The notes: generated by a model from the sequence alone, not told the origin. Numbered from the stretch's first letter, positions 24,441-37,905 are shown. The stretch is 64,000 bases of DNA from Mobula hypostoma (GCF_963921235.1 NC_086109.1:29762001-29826000), one strand, 5' to 3'. Made by a program: numbers and translations.

Positions 24441-25610
24441 TGTTGTATATTTAATAATTCAATAATATTAGAATAATCTTGTGTATATTTTGCTTGATTG
24501 AGCATTCTTGTTTGTTTAACTAATTAATTACGGGTTAAATGTAAAAATAAATTAATTGCATAGATCCTCAAGTTTGCGGATGACACGAAGCTGGGCGGCA
24601 GTGTTAGCTGTGAGGAGGATGCTAAGAGGATGCAGAGTGACTTGGATAGGTTAGGTAAGTGGGCAAATTCATGGCAGATGCAATTTAATGTGGATAAATG
24701 TCAGGTTATCCACTTTGGTGGCAAAAACAGGAAAACAGATTATTATCTGAATGCTGGCCGATTAGGAAAAGGGGAGGTGCAACGAGACCTGGGTGTCATT
24801 GTACACCAGCCATTGGAAGTGGGCATGCAGGTACAGCAGGCGGTGAAAAAGGCGAATGGTATGCTGGCATTCATAGCAAGAGGATTTGACTACTGCAGTT
24901 GTACAAGGCCTTGGTGAGACTACACCCGGAGTATTGTGTGCAGTTTTGGTCCCCTAATCTGAGGAAAGCCATTCTTGCCATAGAGGGAGTACAAAGAAGG
25001 TTCACCAGATTGATTCCTGGGATGGCAGGACTTTCATATGATGAAAGACTGGATCGACTAGGCTTATACTCTCTGGAATTTAGAAGATTGAGGGGGGATC
25101 TTATTGAAACATATAAAATTCTAAAGGGATTGGACAGGCTAGATGTAGGAAGATTGTTCCCGGTGTTGGGGAAGTCCAGAACGAGGGGTCACAGTTTGAG
25201 GATAAGGGTGAAGCCCTTTAGGACGGAGATGAGGAAAAACTTCTTCACACAGAGAGTAGTGAATCTGTGGAATTCTCTGCCACAGGAAACAGTTGAGGCC
25301 AGTTCATTGGCTATATTTAAGAGGGAGTTAGATACGGCCCTTGTGGCTAAAGGGATCAGTGGGTATGGAGAGAAGGCAGGTACAGGGTTCTGAGTTGGAT
25401 ATCAGCCATGATCAAACTGAATGGTGGTGCAGGCTTGAAGGGCTGAATGGCCTACTCCTGCACCTATTTTCTATGTTTCTATGTTTCTATCGTGCTATCA
25501 TGTCATACATGCATGCCTCACTGGAAGTAAAGACGAAGTTAGACTCACATTTTGGACTCCTGTGTCTTTATTTGAATTAATTTTATGTTTCAAAGTTAGA
25601 AAACATAACA
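24441..25610 (+). mobile_element. Solo LTR split by a CR1 insertion
   Basis: Starts tgttgtat, ends cataaca; flanks atgta / ctgta (5-bp TSD, one mismatch); halves about 24441-24565 and 25490-25610. Confidence 0.6.
24567..25490 (+). mobile_element. Young 5'-truncated CR1 LINE
   Basis: KFADDTKLGG...QFNVDKC...EYCVQFWSP...FFTQRVVNLWNSLP with only one obvious frame disruption; (tttctatg)n tail. Confidence 0.95.
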
Positions 25611-27382
25611 CTGTATGTTTCCAAAGAATTTGAGCATTACTATAAAATTACCCGAAAGTGAGCCTCTCAAAAGTCCAACCCTACGAGAGGTGGAATAGGT
25701 GAGGACACCCAAAAGGGCTCTGGTGAAGTTGTACAGCCCTTTCCCCTGTACAGTGGATGCAATGGATGAACTTCAACCATACCATCAACTTTAGATGATG
25801 GAGTTGGGAGGTCATCAATGGCTTAGCTCTACTGGGAGCTAAAGTCTCAAAAAGAAGAATTAGAAAGTGAGGTTAAGTTCTTAGATTTTGAAGGTTATGT
25901 TATAGGGTAAACTAATTGTTGGAAAAGTACATAATTCTCAACCACCAACATTTGGGGTTCATTCTAAGAGGCTAGTCAGATGTTATGATGTAAATACATA
26001 AAGTACTTTTACCCCACTTTGTGTTCAATGTTCGGAATACAATAAATGAGTTGTTACTGTTGTACTTAAACATAAAATGCCTCACATCGTTTTATTTGCG
26101 AAAACCTACAGTATTATGAAGTCACAGCTGTTTTTTAAAAATTGTTGTCAGTGTATCTAGGCCAGTATACAAGTCAAAAAAATTTTTTGAAGCTTCAGTC
26201 TAGATAGGACATGACTTGTATTCTTTCTGCAATGATCTACTCTTTCTGGCTTTCTTTTTTCTTAAATTATTATTGAATGTCATTTACTTTGGAGAGGCAG
26301 CTGAAAATCCTCAAATTGCCACAATAACTATCTTCTGTCTCTTAGCGATCCTCAAATAAAATAGAAACCATGCTTTATCCAGAAAAGAATCCACAAATCA
26401 ACCACATGGGGACTATTATTGAGATGTTTTGGCTCTGCCATTTACATGTTGTCATCACTTAACTGATAATGTGGCACTCCACCCCTAACTTGTCTATCTT
26501 CCTAACTTCCTGTAAAACCCTCTGAACAATTTGTTAATCAAAACTAAATAGAATTCATTGTGGAGTTTTGTGTCATTACATATACAGTTCTGTGTGAAAA
26601 ATATAAATTGTAGCAATCATTCCGTAAGGATTTCTGCCAAGAAAATGTTGTACTATGTGATATTCAGGTGAATGTCATTAGGTTAGTATGAAAAATTTCA
26701 GCTGTAATCTTTAAGCGAATATTGGTTCTGACAAGAATTGGCTACCCAGCAGATTTTACTGATTTCACTGACCCAAAGATGAAATATAATAAAAATTATA
26801 CATGATCAACCTGATTCATTTGTGCTATATACATCAAACATGTGCCTCACAACATGTCTGCTGAATGCAACACAAACAGATCTTACGGTTTTCTTTTTGT
26901 CAGTTTCTATTTGTAACTAATAAACAGAGCAAAGATTATATTTTACTTAATATGTATGAAAAAAATATCCCATAACATAGCTGTCTTTTTGGAATTGCAC
27001 AATTAGTAGTTAACAAACAGTTTGTCCTACTTGTATAGAACTCTTAGATATTATTAAGGACAGATGGTCCTTGCAGTTCATAATACAATGAATGTAAAAA
27101 GTGCTGAATATGGATAAAATATAAACAAAAATACTAATATGTCTGGGTAACAGGAAAGACAAAACATAATATTTATGTCAAAGCTATAACAATAATTAGC
27201 ATTTGTGGGAATTCAGGGTAAGTTTTCATATGTTGATAATAAGACCATCAAAAGCTCTTGGCTTTTCTTTTGTGTAATACTTATTGTACTTAATGCTGTC
27301 TAAGTTCTTCAATCCATTTTGTGGACCCATTTGACACTGAAACAAGAATTGTTTTTCGAAAAAGGAATGAAATCTTTATATC

Positions 27383-27520
27383 TGAGTCATGATGAAGGAT
27401 CTCGGCCCAAAATGTCGACTGTTTTCTCCCCTCTATAGATTCTGCCTGATTTGCTGATTCTCTCCAGCATTTTGTGTATGTTGCTCAAGATTTCCAGCAT
27501 CAGCAGAATCTATTGTGTCT
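27383..27520 (+). mobile_element. Penelope terminal repeat with decayed hammerhead motif
   Basis: agtcatgatgaaggatctcggcccaaaatgtcgactg...ccagcattttgtgtatgttgc. Confidence 0.8.
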
Positions 27521-27646
27521 ATATCTGGCTCTGTTTTAAGTAGTTAAGCTAGAAAATAATTTCATCTAATTCCTAAGTTTAAACATCTTTTTATCTGCCT
27601 AGGTTTTCTGAGCTGGTGCAAATTATTTAAAGTTATCTCGAGGTAT

Positions 27647-28327
27647 TTAGATTAGATTAGGTTATGAGGACACTCAGTCCTCGTTTATTGTCATTTAGAA
27701 ATGCATGCATTAAAAAAATGATACAACGTTCCTCCAGAATGATATCACAAAAAAAAACAGGACAAACCAAGACTAAAACTGACAAAACCACGTAATTATA
27801 ACATATAGTCACAACAGTGCAAAGCAATACCATAATTTGATAAACAGCAGACCATGGGCACAGTAAAAAAAAGTCTCAAGGTCCCGATCAACTCATCATC
27901 TAACGCAGGTGGCAGAAGGGAGAAATTCTCCCTGCCATGAACCTCCAAGCGCCGACAACTTGCCAATGCGTTGGAAGCACCCGACCGCAGCTGTCTCTGA
28001 GTCCGTCCGAAAACTTCGAGCCTCCGACCAGCCTCTCCGGTACAGCCTCTCCGAGTACCATCCTCTGCCGAGTGCTTCAACCCCACCCTGGCCACCGAGC
28101 AACAAGCAAAGCCAAGGACTCGGGGCCTTCTCCTCCGGAGATTCTGGACCACACAGTAGCAGCAGCAGCGAAGAAGGCATTTCAGAAGTTTCAACAGATG
28201 TTCCTCTGTGCTCTCACGTCCATCTCCATCAAATCAGGATTGTGCACGGCACCCTACTTGACAAATAACAGACATCACCACCGGAGTGGCCACTGCGAGC
28301 TGCGTCGCACCGCCATCTTCTCCTCCC
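27647..28327 (-). mobile_element. About 680-bp non-coding retroposon with (aatct)n tail, copy 1
   Basis: Homologous end to end with 50360-51046 and with most of 55515-56178; 5' gaagatggcgg head; AATAAA followed by pentamer tail. Confidence 0.85.
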
Positions 28328-28584
28328 TCATTTATCTCAGAATTTTGTAAAATCGGAGTAATTGGTTAAGTTGATTTATTATTGACACATGTACCGAGAT
28401 AAAGTGAAAAACTTAGTTTTGTGTGCCATCCATACAGATCATGTACAACCTGCATTGAGGTAGTGCAAGAGCAAACAACAGAATGCAAAATAAAGTATCA
28501 TAGACACCCAAAAAGTTCAGTGCAGATAGGCAATAAAGTGCAAGACCATAAAGAGATACAATGTGAGATCAAGTGTCTGTTTTA

Positions 28585-28980
28585 TGGTGGGTGGAGATAT
28601 TTCTCTACGAAAGGAGGTGTAAGACATTCCTTCCCTCCGTTAATCTGCAGAACACCCTTGGGCAAGGTGAAGATGTAGCACCTGCTTAGTTCCCCCCCTC
28701 CCCCAAAGACCAGGATCACATGAAGCCATGGGAGCAGGTGGTGGATGGTCGTATGAGCAGCTGGTGCATATCACAAGTCTCGGTTATGCGACCACTGATG
28801 ACAGGTGGACAATCTCTGAAGAGTATTGATAGTGGCTGGCATCACCATTCTTGTAAAGACACTGCCCAGAAAAGGGCAATGGCAAACCACTTCTGCAGAA
28901 ACATTAGCCAAGAACAGTTGTGGTCATGGGAAGACCATGATCGCCCAGGTCAAATTACGCGGCACATAATGAATGAACAA
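28585..28980 (+). mobile_element. Non-autonomous RTE/BovB-related retroposon
   Basis: RTE-type 3' motif gcaatggcaaaccacttc and (atga)n-like tail; homologues at 29650-30352 and 47117-47355. Confidence 0.75.
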
Positions 28981-29649
28981 TCTCAACGTTATCACATAGT
29001 GAAGATGGGAGCCGATTCACGAGCAGCACAATCCCTAGAGCGACAACCTTCTAAGAACCCAGATCCTTTAAATTAGAATCCCCTGTACATTTATTGATGG
29101 GACATGTAACTGAAAGGAGCAAGACCAGAATCAGGTCATTCTGCTCATTAAATCTGCTCTGCCATTCCATTACAGCTGATTTTATTTTTCTTGTGAACAC
29201 CATTCTCTCTGTAACCGTAAAGACCATCAGTCTCTGCCTTAAAAACACTAAAATTTCCTGCTTAAAATTCCTCTGCCTTAAAATTCCTCCTCATCTCAGT
29301 TCTAAAGGGACGTGCCTTTACATGAGGCTATCCCTCGGATCCTAGATTTTCCTACTGATGGAAACATCCTATTCACGTCCACTCTAGGAAGGACATTATT
29401 AAGCTGGACAGGGTGCTGAAAAGAGCTACAGAGGACTGCACAGTTTAACTTATCAGAAGAAGTCGAATAAGCTCTATTTTTTTGTGCACTGCACCGGATC
29501 TGGAGTAACAACTATTTAATTCTCCATTGTACTTGTGTACTGGAAATGACATTAAACAATCTTCAATCTTGATTGTTTTCCCTGGAGCAAAGGAGGCTCT
29601 AAGATGACAGTGATTTATAAAATCCTGAGGGATACAGTGGTTGACAGGG

Positions 29650-30352
29650 TGCAGATATGTCTCTGGTAGGTATAAGGCACCCCTTCCCTCCACTAGCTTG
29701 TAGGTCATCCTTGGACAACATGTAGCACATGCTTAGCCTCCTGATCAGGGTCACATGAAGTCATGATGTGAGCAGGTGGTGGATGGTCGTATGAGCAACT
29801 GGTGCATATCACAAGTCCTGTCATAGCGTGCTCTTGAAGGACTGGAGCCAGGTGCAGAGGGACAGCGGAATCCTGAGGAAGAGATGGAACCAAAAGGTTG
29901 AACATCGGAATCAGAACCTCGGAGGAGCAACTGAACAACACTACGAGGCAATTCTTCCTTTGCAACACAGTGACCCCACTAAGGCGCTGAACAGGAGACC
30001 TTTTTAAATAATTGTAGAATGCGGGAAACACGTGCCAGGCACAATTAACTTAACAATATTAAACAGAAAACACAAGGGCTTAACAACTCTAGTTAAGGGA
30101 TTATTTAGTAAATATAGGTGCTCAAAAACTCAAGAAGCTCAATCTTCTATGGCAAGCTGTCAGGATCATGACAAGTCCTGGTTATGTAACCACTAGTGCA
30201 AAGCAGACAGTCTTCAAAGAGTATTGATGATGGCTGGGGACACTGCCCAGAAGAAGGCAATGGCAAATCACTTCTGTAGAAAAGTTTGCCAAAAACAATT
30301 ATGGTCAAAGACCATGATCACACATTTCATATGACTCCGCACGTAATGAATG
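29650..30352 (+). mobile_element. Second RTE-related copy, split by a solo LTR
   Basis: Collinear with 28585-28980 on both sides of the 29819-30173 insertion. Confidence 0.75.
29819..30173. mobile_element. 355-bp solo LTR
   Basis: tgtcat...atgaca termini with 5-bp TSD agtcc (29814-29818, 30174-30178). Confidence 0.8.
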
Positions 30353-30599
30353 AGGGACACAAATAGTGTGAATGATCACCATCCTTTCCCTTGGGTAGGG
30401 AAGTCTAAAGCAAGTGGGAGAGGGGAGAAATTTCAATGGGCAAGTTGTTCACTTACAGTGTGACGAGGATATGGAACAAACTTTCAAAGAAATTACTAAG
30501 ACTATTGAATGGTTCCCTTGTATGATAAGATAGACTCTTGACCTCACAATCCACCTTGCAAAGCTGCCAGTATCAAGAATCATACCCTTCCTTGTTATA

Positions 30600-31010
30600 G
30601 GGAAAGATTGAATCATTTAGGACTTTATTCCCTGGACTGTAGGAGAATGGTGGAAGATTGAATAGAGGTATACAAAATTATAAGAGGTGTTAATAGACTA
30701 AATGCAAACAGGCTTTTTCCACTGAGACTGGATGAGACTAGAACTAGAGGGTTAAGGGTGAAAGATGGAATGTTTAAGGGGAACATGAGGGGGAACTTCT
30801 TCACATCAAAGAGTGGCAAGGGGGTGGAATGAACTGCCAGCGGAAGTGATGGATGTGAATTTGATTTCAACATTTAAGAGAAGTTTGGATAAATGGATGG
30901 GAGGGCTATGGTCAAGGTACACATCGATGGGATTTGGCAGAATAATAGTTGAGCATGGACTAGATGGGCTGAAGGGCCTGTTTCTGTGCTGTAGTAGTCC
31001 GTGACTCTAT
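30600..31010 (+). mobile_element. CR1 3' fragment
   Basis: DLGLYSL-like and IEVYKII remnants, WNELPAEV, CR1 3' UTR. Confidence 0.85.
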
Positions 31011-31257
31011 TATCGTACTAGAGGAATGTTGAGTAGTTTTATAACAATGGGATAGAAGCTGTTCTTGAGCCTGGTAATAAGTGCTTCCAAGCTTCTGTAT
31101 CTTCTGTCTAATAGAGAAAGGGAAAAGAGAACGTCCAGGGTGGGTGTTGTCCTTGATTATGTTGTCTGCTTTAAAATATTGCTAGAACCCAATCCTATCT
31201 GAACAAGCACTGGATGAAATAACATTATCTCTATAGCTTTCTTAGAAGAAATAATAA

Positions 31258-31400
31258 ATACAAGAGATTCTGCAAATGCTGGAAGTCTTGAGCAACACAC
31301 ACAATATGTTGGAGGAATCAGATGAAGGGTCTCGGCACAAAATGCTATTTGCCTATTCCCCTCCGTAGATACTGCCTCACTTGCTGAGCTCGTCCACTAT
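31258..31400. mobile_element. Short fold-back Penelope terminal-repeat insertion
   Basis: Antisense arm tgctggaagtcttgagcaacacacacaa joined to sense arm gatgaagggtctcggcacaaaatg. Confidence 0.7.
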
Positions 31401-32169
31401 AATGTGCATGTCAGAGTATTTAATGGTGTTTTAACCAGAGTGAACATCTCAGGATGGTGGTGAAGCTGACAGAATTTGACTTGATATTTGGGCAGGAGTT
31501 CCCAACCTAGGGTCCTTGGACCTTTGTTTAATGGTATTTGTCCATGGCATGAAGCAGGTTGGAAAAACCTGTCTGAGGGCAATGATCATATAATTTGCTT
31601 CATTGATATTGTTTGAGGAATAAACAGTACTAAGATACCAAAGGTAACCCTTCTGCTCATCTTCATAGTGGTGGGATATTTTGCAGCGCCTGAGACTGAA
31701 ATCTGGGACTTAGATTTAATATTTCATACTAAAGAAGTAAACTTTTAACAGCCTCACATCCTCTCAGGAATACATTAAAATGTCAGTGTGGGGTTTTGTA
31801 TTTAGGTATTCAGAAGAGATCTAGAATGTTCAATGTTCTTGAGTAAGTTTGCTAACTAATTAGTAAGAGTATTTTACCCTGAATCTTGTAGGGGACTGAC
31901 GTGGACATACTGCACTTAATCAAGCCAAAGTACAAACGCTCCGGAATGATGGCTACAACATTTATGTAACATTATGTTAGTTATCAACTTCAAGAAATAA
32001 TAGCACATAATAAAGGGAATGCAGTGTGATGAAAAAATGGAGCACTTTTTTAAAATCAGCCTCCTCAATCTTCATTCTTACTAAAGAACTGTGTTTGAAG
32101 TCATTACCTTCAAAACAAAAAAGACTAAAAACATTATTGATGGTCACCTAGTAACAGAAATACATTACA

Positions 32170-33025
32170 CTCCGGAACTTCTGCCATCTCCAAACTCCCT
32201 CTACAGTTCCTTTGTCCATTCATCCCTTCCCACTAATCTCCCTCCAGGCACCTATCCCTGCAAGCTTCCTAAGTGCCACACCTGCCCAGACACCTCCTCC
32301 CTTACCTTCATTCAGGGCCCCAAACAGTCCTTCCAGGTGAGGTAACACTTCACTTGCAAATCTGCTGGGGTCGTCTATTGTGTCCAGTGCTCCCGATGAG
32401 GCCTCCTTTACATTGGTGAGCCCCTTCATAAACTGGGGGACTGCTTCGTCGAGTACCTCCCCACCATCCACCACAAGCTGGATATCCGGGTGGCCAAACA
32501 TTTTAATTTCTATTCCTATTCCCGTTCCAACAAGTCGATCCATAGCCTCCTCTTGTGTCAAGATGAGGCCACCCTTAGGGTGAGGGAGCAACACCTTCTA
32601 CTCTGTGTGGATACCCTCCAACATAAGTATTGATTTCTCCTTCTGGTAGACAAATTCCCTACCCCTCTTCCTCTATTCCCCACTCTGACCTTTTACTCCT
32701 TCTCACCTGACTATTACATCCCCCTAGGTCACCTCCCTCTTCCCTTTCTCCTATGATCCACTCTCCTCTCCTACCAGATTCCTTCTTCCCCAGCCCTTGA
32801 TCTTTCCCACCCACCTGTCTTCACCTATCACCTTCCAGCTAGCTTCTATCCCCTCACCCCATCTTTTTAATCTAGTATCTTCCCCCTTCCTTCTCAGTCC
32901 TGAAGAAGGGTCTTGGCCGGAAACATTGATTATCTATTCATTTCCATGGATGTTGCCTGACCTGCTGAGTTCCTCTAGCACTTTGTAAATGTTGCTCTGG
33001 ATTTACAGACTTTCTCATGTTTATG
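32170..33025 (+). mobile_element. Degenerate Penelope-like element 3' part (GIY-YIG endonuclease remnant plus terminal repeat)
   Basis: GTYPCKLPKCHTCP...IQGPKQSFQVR followed by frameshifted homologue of 49480-49806; decayed hammerhead at about 32895-32930. Confidence 0.9.
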
Positions 33026-34349
33026 AACTGAAAGATGAAGATGTTTTAGTTGGGCTTGAATAACAAATCTATTTTTTAATTGAAAATCAAAGAAGAGTAG
33101 TAATTAGTTCATCTTTATTTCTCTTTGTCATGGCTCTACTAATTTTGCTTATTTACTAATGATAAACAACTTCCACTTTCATCAAACTAGCATTTTCTGC
33201 TTGACTTGCAGCATGATGCTTTTTGTTTTAGCAATAATCATTTACAGATGGATGTACCTTTTCTACCACCATGGGTTTTATGTCATTTGGTGACCCATTT
33301 CAGCGAGCAGAATGTCACACGGACCTGGAAAAGCCCTAACCCACAATGTAACCTACATTATAGCCTACCTTCAATCATAGTGCTTAATAGCTGTGAGAAA
33401 TAACAGCACTGATTGTTTCCCACTGCTATGATTCAACCCACACTTGCTTGTGACATTTGCCAGTTCTGGAGGTCGATATACCCAGAATAAAGGATACTCA
33501 TGACCAAAAACCGTGTGTGTTTTTTTTTCAGATTTACTGGATTTCCCATTCAGCTACTCCTTCTTTTACAAAAGGGTTAGGTTTGTAGAAGAAAGTTGTA
33601 AGAAAAATTTAGTAAATGGAGTATGGAAATTTAGTATGGGTACAGTTATTCCGATGGGTAGAGACTGATGTTCTATTTGCTATAGTGAAAATTGATCTTT
33701 AAATTGAGAAAAGGTACTGTAAAACAAGACAATAGCATATTAGTGAAAATTTGTAAATGGACTCTACTTAATTGGGCAATACTCAAACATTATAATATAA
33801 TATGTACTGTGGTTCAGTGTTTCTTCAACTGTTTTTGGGGGAGTGAGTGTTTCCTCTCCTATCGTTAAAGTCACTGACTGTTGAATGGCTTTCTTTGTAA
33901 GTATCTTTGCACATTCAATGTTTCTTGTGACATAGAAGGAGGCCAATTAACCTACTGAAAGTATACCATCTCTTATAGCAATTCCATAAATTCTACCCTC
34001 ACACTTATTTCCATGTACAGTAACTTTCACAAGTCAATCAACTCATCCCCATATTCTCCCAATACTCACTGCACAAGGGGTAATTATTCAGTTCTTATCC
34101 ACTTTGGGGCACCTCTGTGCTCTAAAATTGTGATAGTTTGGTAATGTTTAATCTCACTAGTGCGAGTTCTGACCAGAACTGTCAGAATTCAAGACACAGA
34201 GAATATATAGCTCAATTATATTCCATTTAAAATCCAGCCCATCTTCATCTGGAGGTGAGAATGGCTGTAAAATGCAAGTTTGTCAAGTTGGATTCTGCAT
34301 GTGAGGTTTAAGGCCAAGGAGAAATTGATCAATTGACCATCGCATTAAT

Positions 34350-34635
34350 TTTCAGTGCCAGTGATCACCGATCATCGTTCAATACCCACTGCTGCCTGTA
34401 AGGAGCTTGTACATTCTCCCTGTGACCATGTGGGTTTCTTCTAGGCGTTCTAGTTTCCTTCCACATTCCAAATTCATACAGTTGTAGTTAGTGAGTTGTG
34501 GCCATGCTATGTTGGCACTGGAAGCATGGCGAAACTTGTGGGCTGCCCAGGACAGCCCTCATTGATTTGATTTGACACAAATGATGTATTTCACTGTATG
34601 TTTTGATGCACATGTGACAAATAAATCTAACTTTA
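34350..34635 (+). mobile_element. tRNA-derived V-domain SINE
   Basis: Same core and catgtgacaaataaa tail as 6140-6460. Confidence 0.75.
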
Positions 34636-34835
34636 TTTTTACTTCGCAAATGAAAATGGAGTCAGATCAGAGCATTATGTTTTACTGCCACTTTGGCCAG
34701 CACTGACTGGGCCTTCCTGGTCCTTCGCACTGGCCATCAGTCGAAGTTCTTAATTTGATATAATCAAACTTCAAATGTAATAAGCATAAAACAAACTGCT
34801 GCAGGAAATCTGAGGTTTAGGCAGCATCATGTGTT

Positions 34836-35064
34836 GGGCACGTGGCCAAGCGGTTAAGGCGTTCGTCTGGTGATCTGAAGGTCGCTAGTTCGAGCCTCAG
34901 CTGTGGCAGCGTGTTTGTGCCCTTGATCAAGGCACTTAACCAAACATTGCTCTAGTGTCTGTACGAGGAGTGACGCCCCACACAAACTTCCAATCTACGC
35001 CTTGTAAGGCATGAAAATGCCCGCGCAGGCCTCTCATGGTCTGAGTCGACGATCCCTCCCTCCC
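34836..35064 (+). mobile_element. tRNA-derived CORE-like SINE with intact Pol III boxes
   Basis: A box tggccaagcgg, B box gttcgagcc, CORE-like tgtgcccttgatcaaggcacttaacc, (tccc)n tail. Confidence 0.8.
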
Positions 35065-35244
35065 ATGGTGGGAAGTGGACAATTGAAAGTTTGGGTCGAG
35101 ACCATTCATGTGGAATGGATCTGCAACTCGTTTTTGCTCCAGAACCCAGCTTCTAGTATCTTTTGTACCTTCAAATGTCATAAGGTAGGCTGGGATGTTT
35201 TGTGACCAGAAGGAACAGTGTACTACAGTTTTTCTTGAGAAAAC

Positions 35245-35472
35245 CTCTGCTGATTGTAAGGAGTTTGTACATTTTCCTTGTGACTGTGTGGGTTTACTCT
35301 GGGTGCTCCAGCTTCCTCCCACGTTCCAAAGACATACCGGTTGTGAGGTTAATTGGTCATTGTAAATTGTCCTGTGATTAGTCTAGGATTAAATCGGGGT
35401 ATTGCTGGGCAGCGCAACTCGAAGGGCCAGAGGGGCATATTCCATGCCAAATCTCAATAAAATAAATAAATA
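35245..35472 (+). mobile_element. V-domain SINE fragment
   Basis: ggagtttgtacattttcc...gggtgctccagcttcctcccacgttccaaagac with (aata)n tail. Confidence 0.75.
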
Positions 35473-35751
35473 TTCAGCATTTTTAGCCACCTAACGTCTC
35501 CTTATGTATCTGCTCACTTTTTAATATTCTGAAGACACCTAGTATTATTTGAAAAATTCCCACATTGATATGGAGATTTTAAACAAATGTAGCAGAAGGT
35601 CACAATTTTTTTTCTGTCATGGGAACTCCCCTCTTTAGGATTTAATATTTGGAGGTAAGAGAAGAGGAGAAGAAACCTGTAGTACTGTGGAAAAATTTAC
35701 TATCCAGACTTTCCTCTAGATAAACAGTCAATAAAAGCCACGGAGATCTGT

Positions 35752-36653
35752 TGTGACGAGAATACATGTAGATTAAGATGTTAGCTGTCCTGTGCTGGCA
35801 CCAGTGGGATCAGCAGTTGGTCTGCCACCTGTCTTCAGGAGAAAGAGAGATAAGGAAAACAATGGAGCAGCATTTGGAGATGTTAATGAAAGGACGGGAG
35901 AGTTTAACGGAAGGAGAGCTGTCAAGATCGGCTCCCCCTTTGAACCCTGAACTGTTTGAAGTGATGGACAGGGGATACCCCAGCAGGGGGATAAAAAGGG
36001 ACAGGTTCGCTAAGGCAAGAAACACACGACACCCCGAGGTAACAAGACCCTGGAAGCGGTGCGTCTCCCACAAGTCAGTGAAAAGTTTTGGAGGGCTGGT
36101 CGCGGGATGAAGCCATAGACGCACAGGGTGGAAAGGCACGATCGGCGGGAACCTGGTGTGGGTCCGCCCTTGCCTGGGTGCCAGGTTCACCGCAGAGAAA
36201 TGATCGTATCTGGAAACGGAGGGGTCACGGTCGGTGACCTCAGAAGACATCACAAAGGGCTCACCCGAAAGCTGACTGCAAAGAATATCGAAGGTCTGTG
36301 TGGAAGCCGTTTGAATATTCATTCGTTTTTGCTCTCTCTCTCCTTCCCCCCACTGTCCATCTCCCACGGCAGTGATTACGGTGAACTGAACTGAAGTCAA
36401 TTGAACTGAACTTTGCGTCACTTTGAAACTGGTCATTTACCCCTAGACGACAATAGAGCTTGATTGATCCTGTTATCCTAATTCTGTGTACATGTGTGTT
36501 TATCATTGCTGAACTGTTGCATTTATTATCCTTTTGATTAGAGTACTGTGTTGCTTGTTTCTTTAATAAAACTTTCTTAGTTCTAGTAATCCAGACCCCA
36601 ACTGAGTGATCCATTTCTGCTGGTTTGGCAACCCAGTTACAGGGTACGTAACA
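35752..36653 (+). mobile_element. 902-bp solo LTR (Ty3/Gypsy-like or ERV-like)
   Basis: Termini tgtgacg...cgtaaca, perfect 4-bp TSD ctgt (35748-35751, 36654-36657), TATA-like gataaaa near 35990, AATAAA near 36565; CpG-rich relative to flanks. Confidence 0.9.
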
Positions 36654-37779
36654 CTGTAAACTCAAAAATGCATTGAACTGCACAGAAATTGAAAAATAAC
36701 ACCATCATTTCTTTCTAACCAATCCACATCAGTGTTTTTTCGTTCACTAACCAATTGCCCTTAATGTGAGTGGCCAATTTTCAACTGATCTTCTTTTCTT
36801 TATTGATCTATTTTTTTTTATTTTTAAACGTTTTTGCAACTAACTCTGAATATTCAGTGTTACCTAAATATAAGTAAAAATCTCTACCTTACATACAAAA
36901 TCTCTTTGTTATTTAGAATTATTTATCTCCATTTCCTTTTCCAAAGACCTCAATCTACAGGAGATGGTTTGTCTCAAATATTTATAATTTTGAGAACTTC
37001 TATCGCATTATATAGCAACTTCCTGCAAACAAATCAACATAATTTTTAAAGCATTTTCCCAATTTTTTAATCTTTTAATTTCAGCAATATTCTAATGACA
37101 CTGTGGACACCCTCCATTAACTAAGTATCATTTTATAGTGTGGAAACCAAAACTGAATACAGTTTTCCAGCAGGTAGCTTTTTAAGATTACATACAGATC
37201 CATTATTATGATGGAATTTTCTCACCTGAATACAAAATGAAATATAATACTATATTCAATTATTGTTACTTTCTCAAATAAAGTGTTGTTTTCATGTTTT
37301 CTCTACCTGATTTCCCTGAACATTCTGTTCTTCTGCAGCTTCCAAGCTTTCAAAGTTCATTTTTGTTATAGTAAAATGTACTTAGACTAGCTGAATTGAA
37401 TCAACTCTAACCACCCATTATCTTACCAGCAGTGTCTTACAACTTCTTTTGTTTCTCAGAATTATTCATTCATTTTCAGTAATATAGAAAAAAATACCAT
37501 CACTGCTATAGTTCCGCTTTTTTAGTCAGTTATTTTTTATTCCAACCTTCATAAATTTTAACCACTTTAATTCCTTTCCCAAAGTATCCTGGGTGGTTCT
37601 TTGAAAAACATTTCTGAAGTTTCCCAATCAGCACAACCATTCTATTTACCTTGTCCAACATTTTATCACCACCCCAAAGAATCCTAATAAATTTCCAATT
37701 TGTCCCACAGTGATAACTTCAACTTATATCCTTTTCACCTCAGTACTTAGTCACCTTAGTGTTGATTAACTATTGAAAA

Positions 37780-37905
37780 ATATGGCAGATGTAGGAAATC
37801 TGAAATAAAAAAACAGAAATGGCTGGAAATACTCAGTGGGTCAGGCAGTCTCCATGGAAAGAGAAACCATTAACATTTCAGACCCAGGACTCTTTATCAG
37901 AACCA
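37780..37905 (-). mobile_element. Old Penelope terminal-repeat fragment
   Basis: gctggaaatactcagtgggtcaggcag...aacatttcagacccaggactctttatcagaac, a diverged version of the family end. Confidence 0.6.

Noticed and set aside
25611..26110. Possible further LTR-element remnant
   Set aside because: AATAAA and a CA end are present, but no clear start, TSD or coding motif was found
27383..27422. Additional functional hammerheads (also near 31320, 32900, 37880, 47100, 58760)
   Set aside because: Core CUGANGA, GAAA or the cleavage triplet is mutated or truncated
34836..34912. tRNA gene
   Set aside because: No convincing cloverleaf; continues into a SINE body and tail
35810..36436. 208-aa ORF as a gene
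   Set aside because: Lies wholly within a solo LTR and shows no recognisable domain
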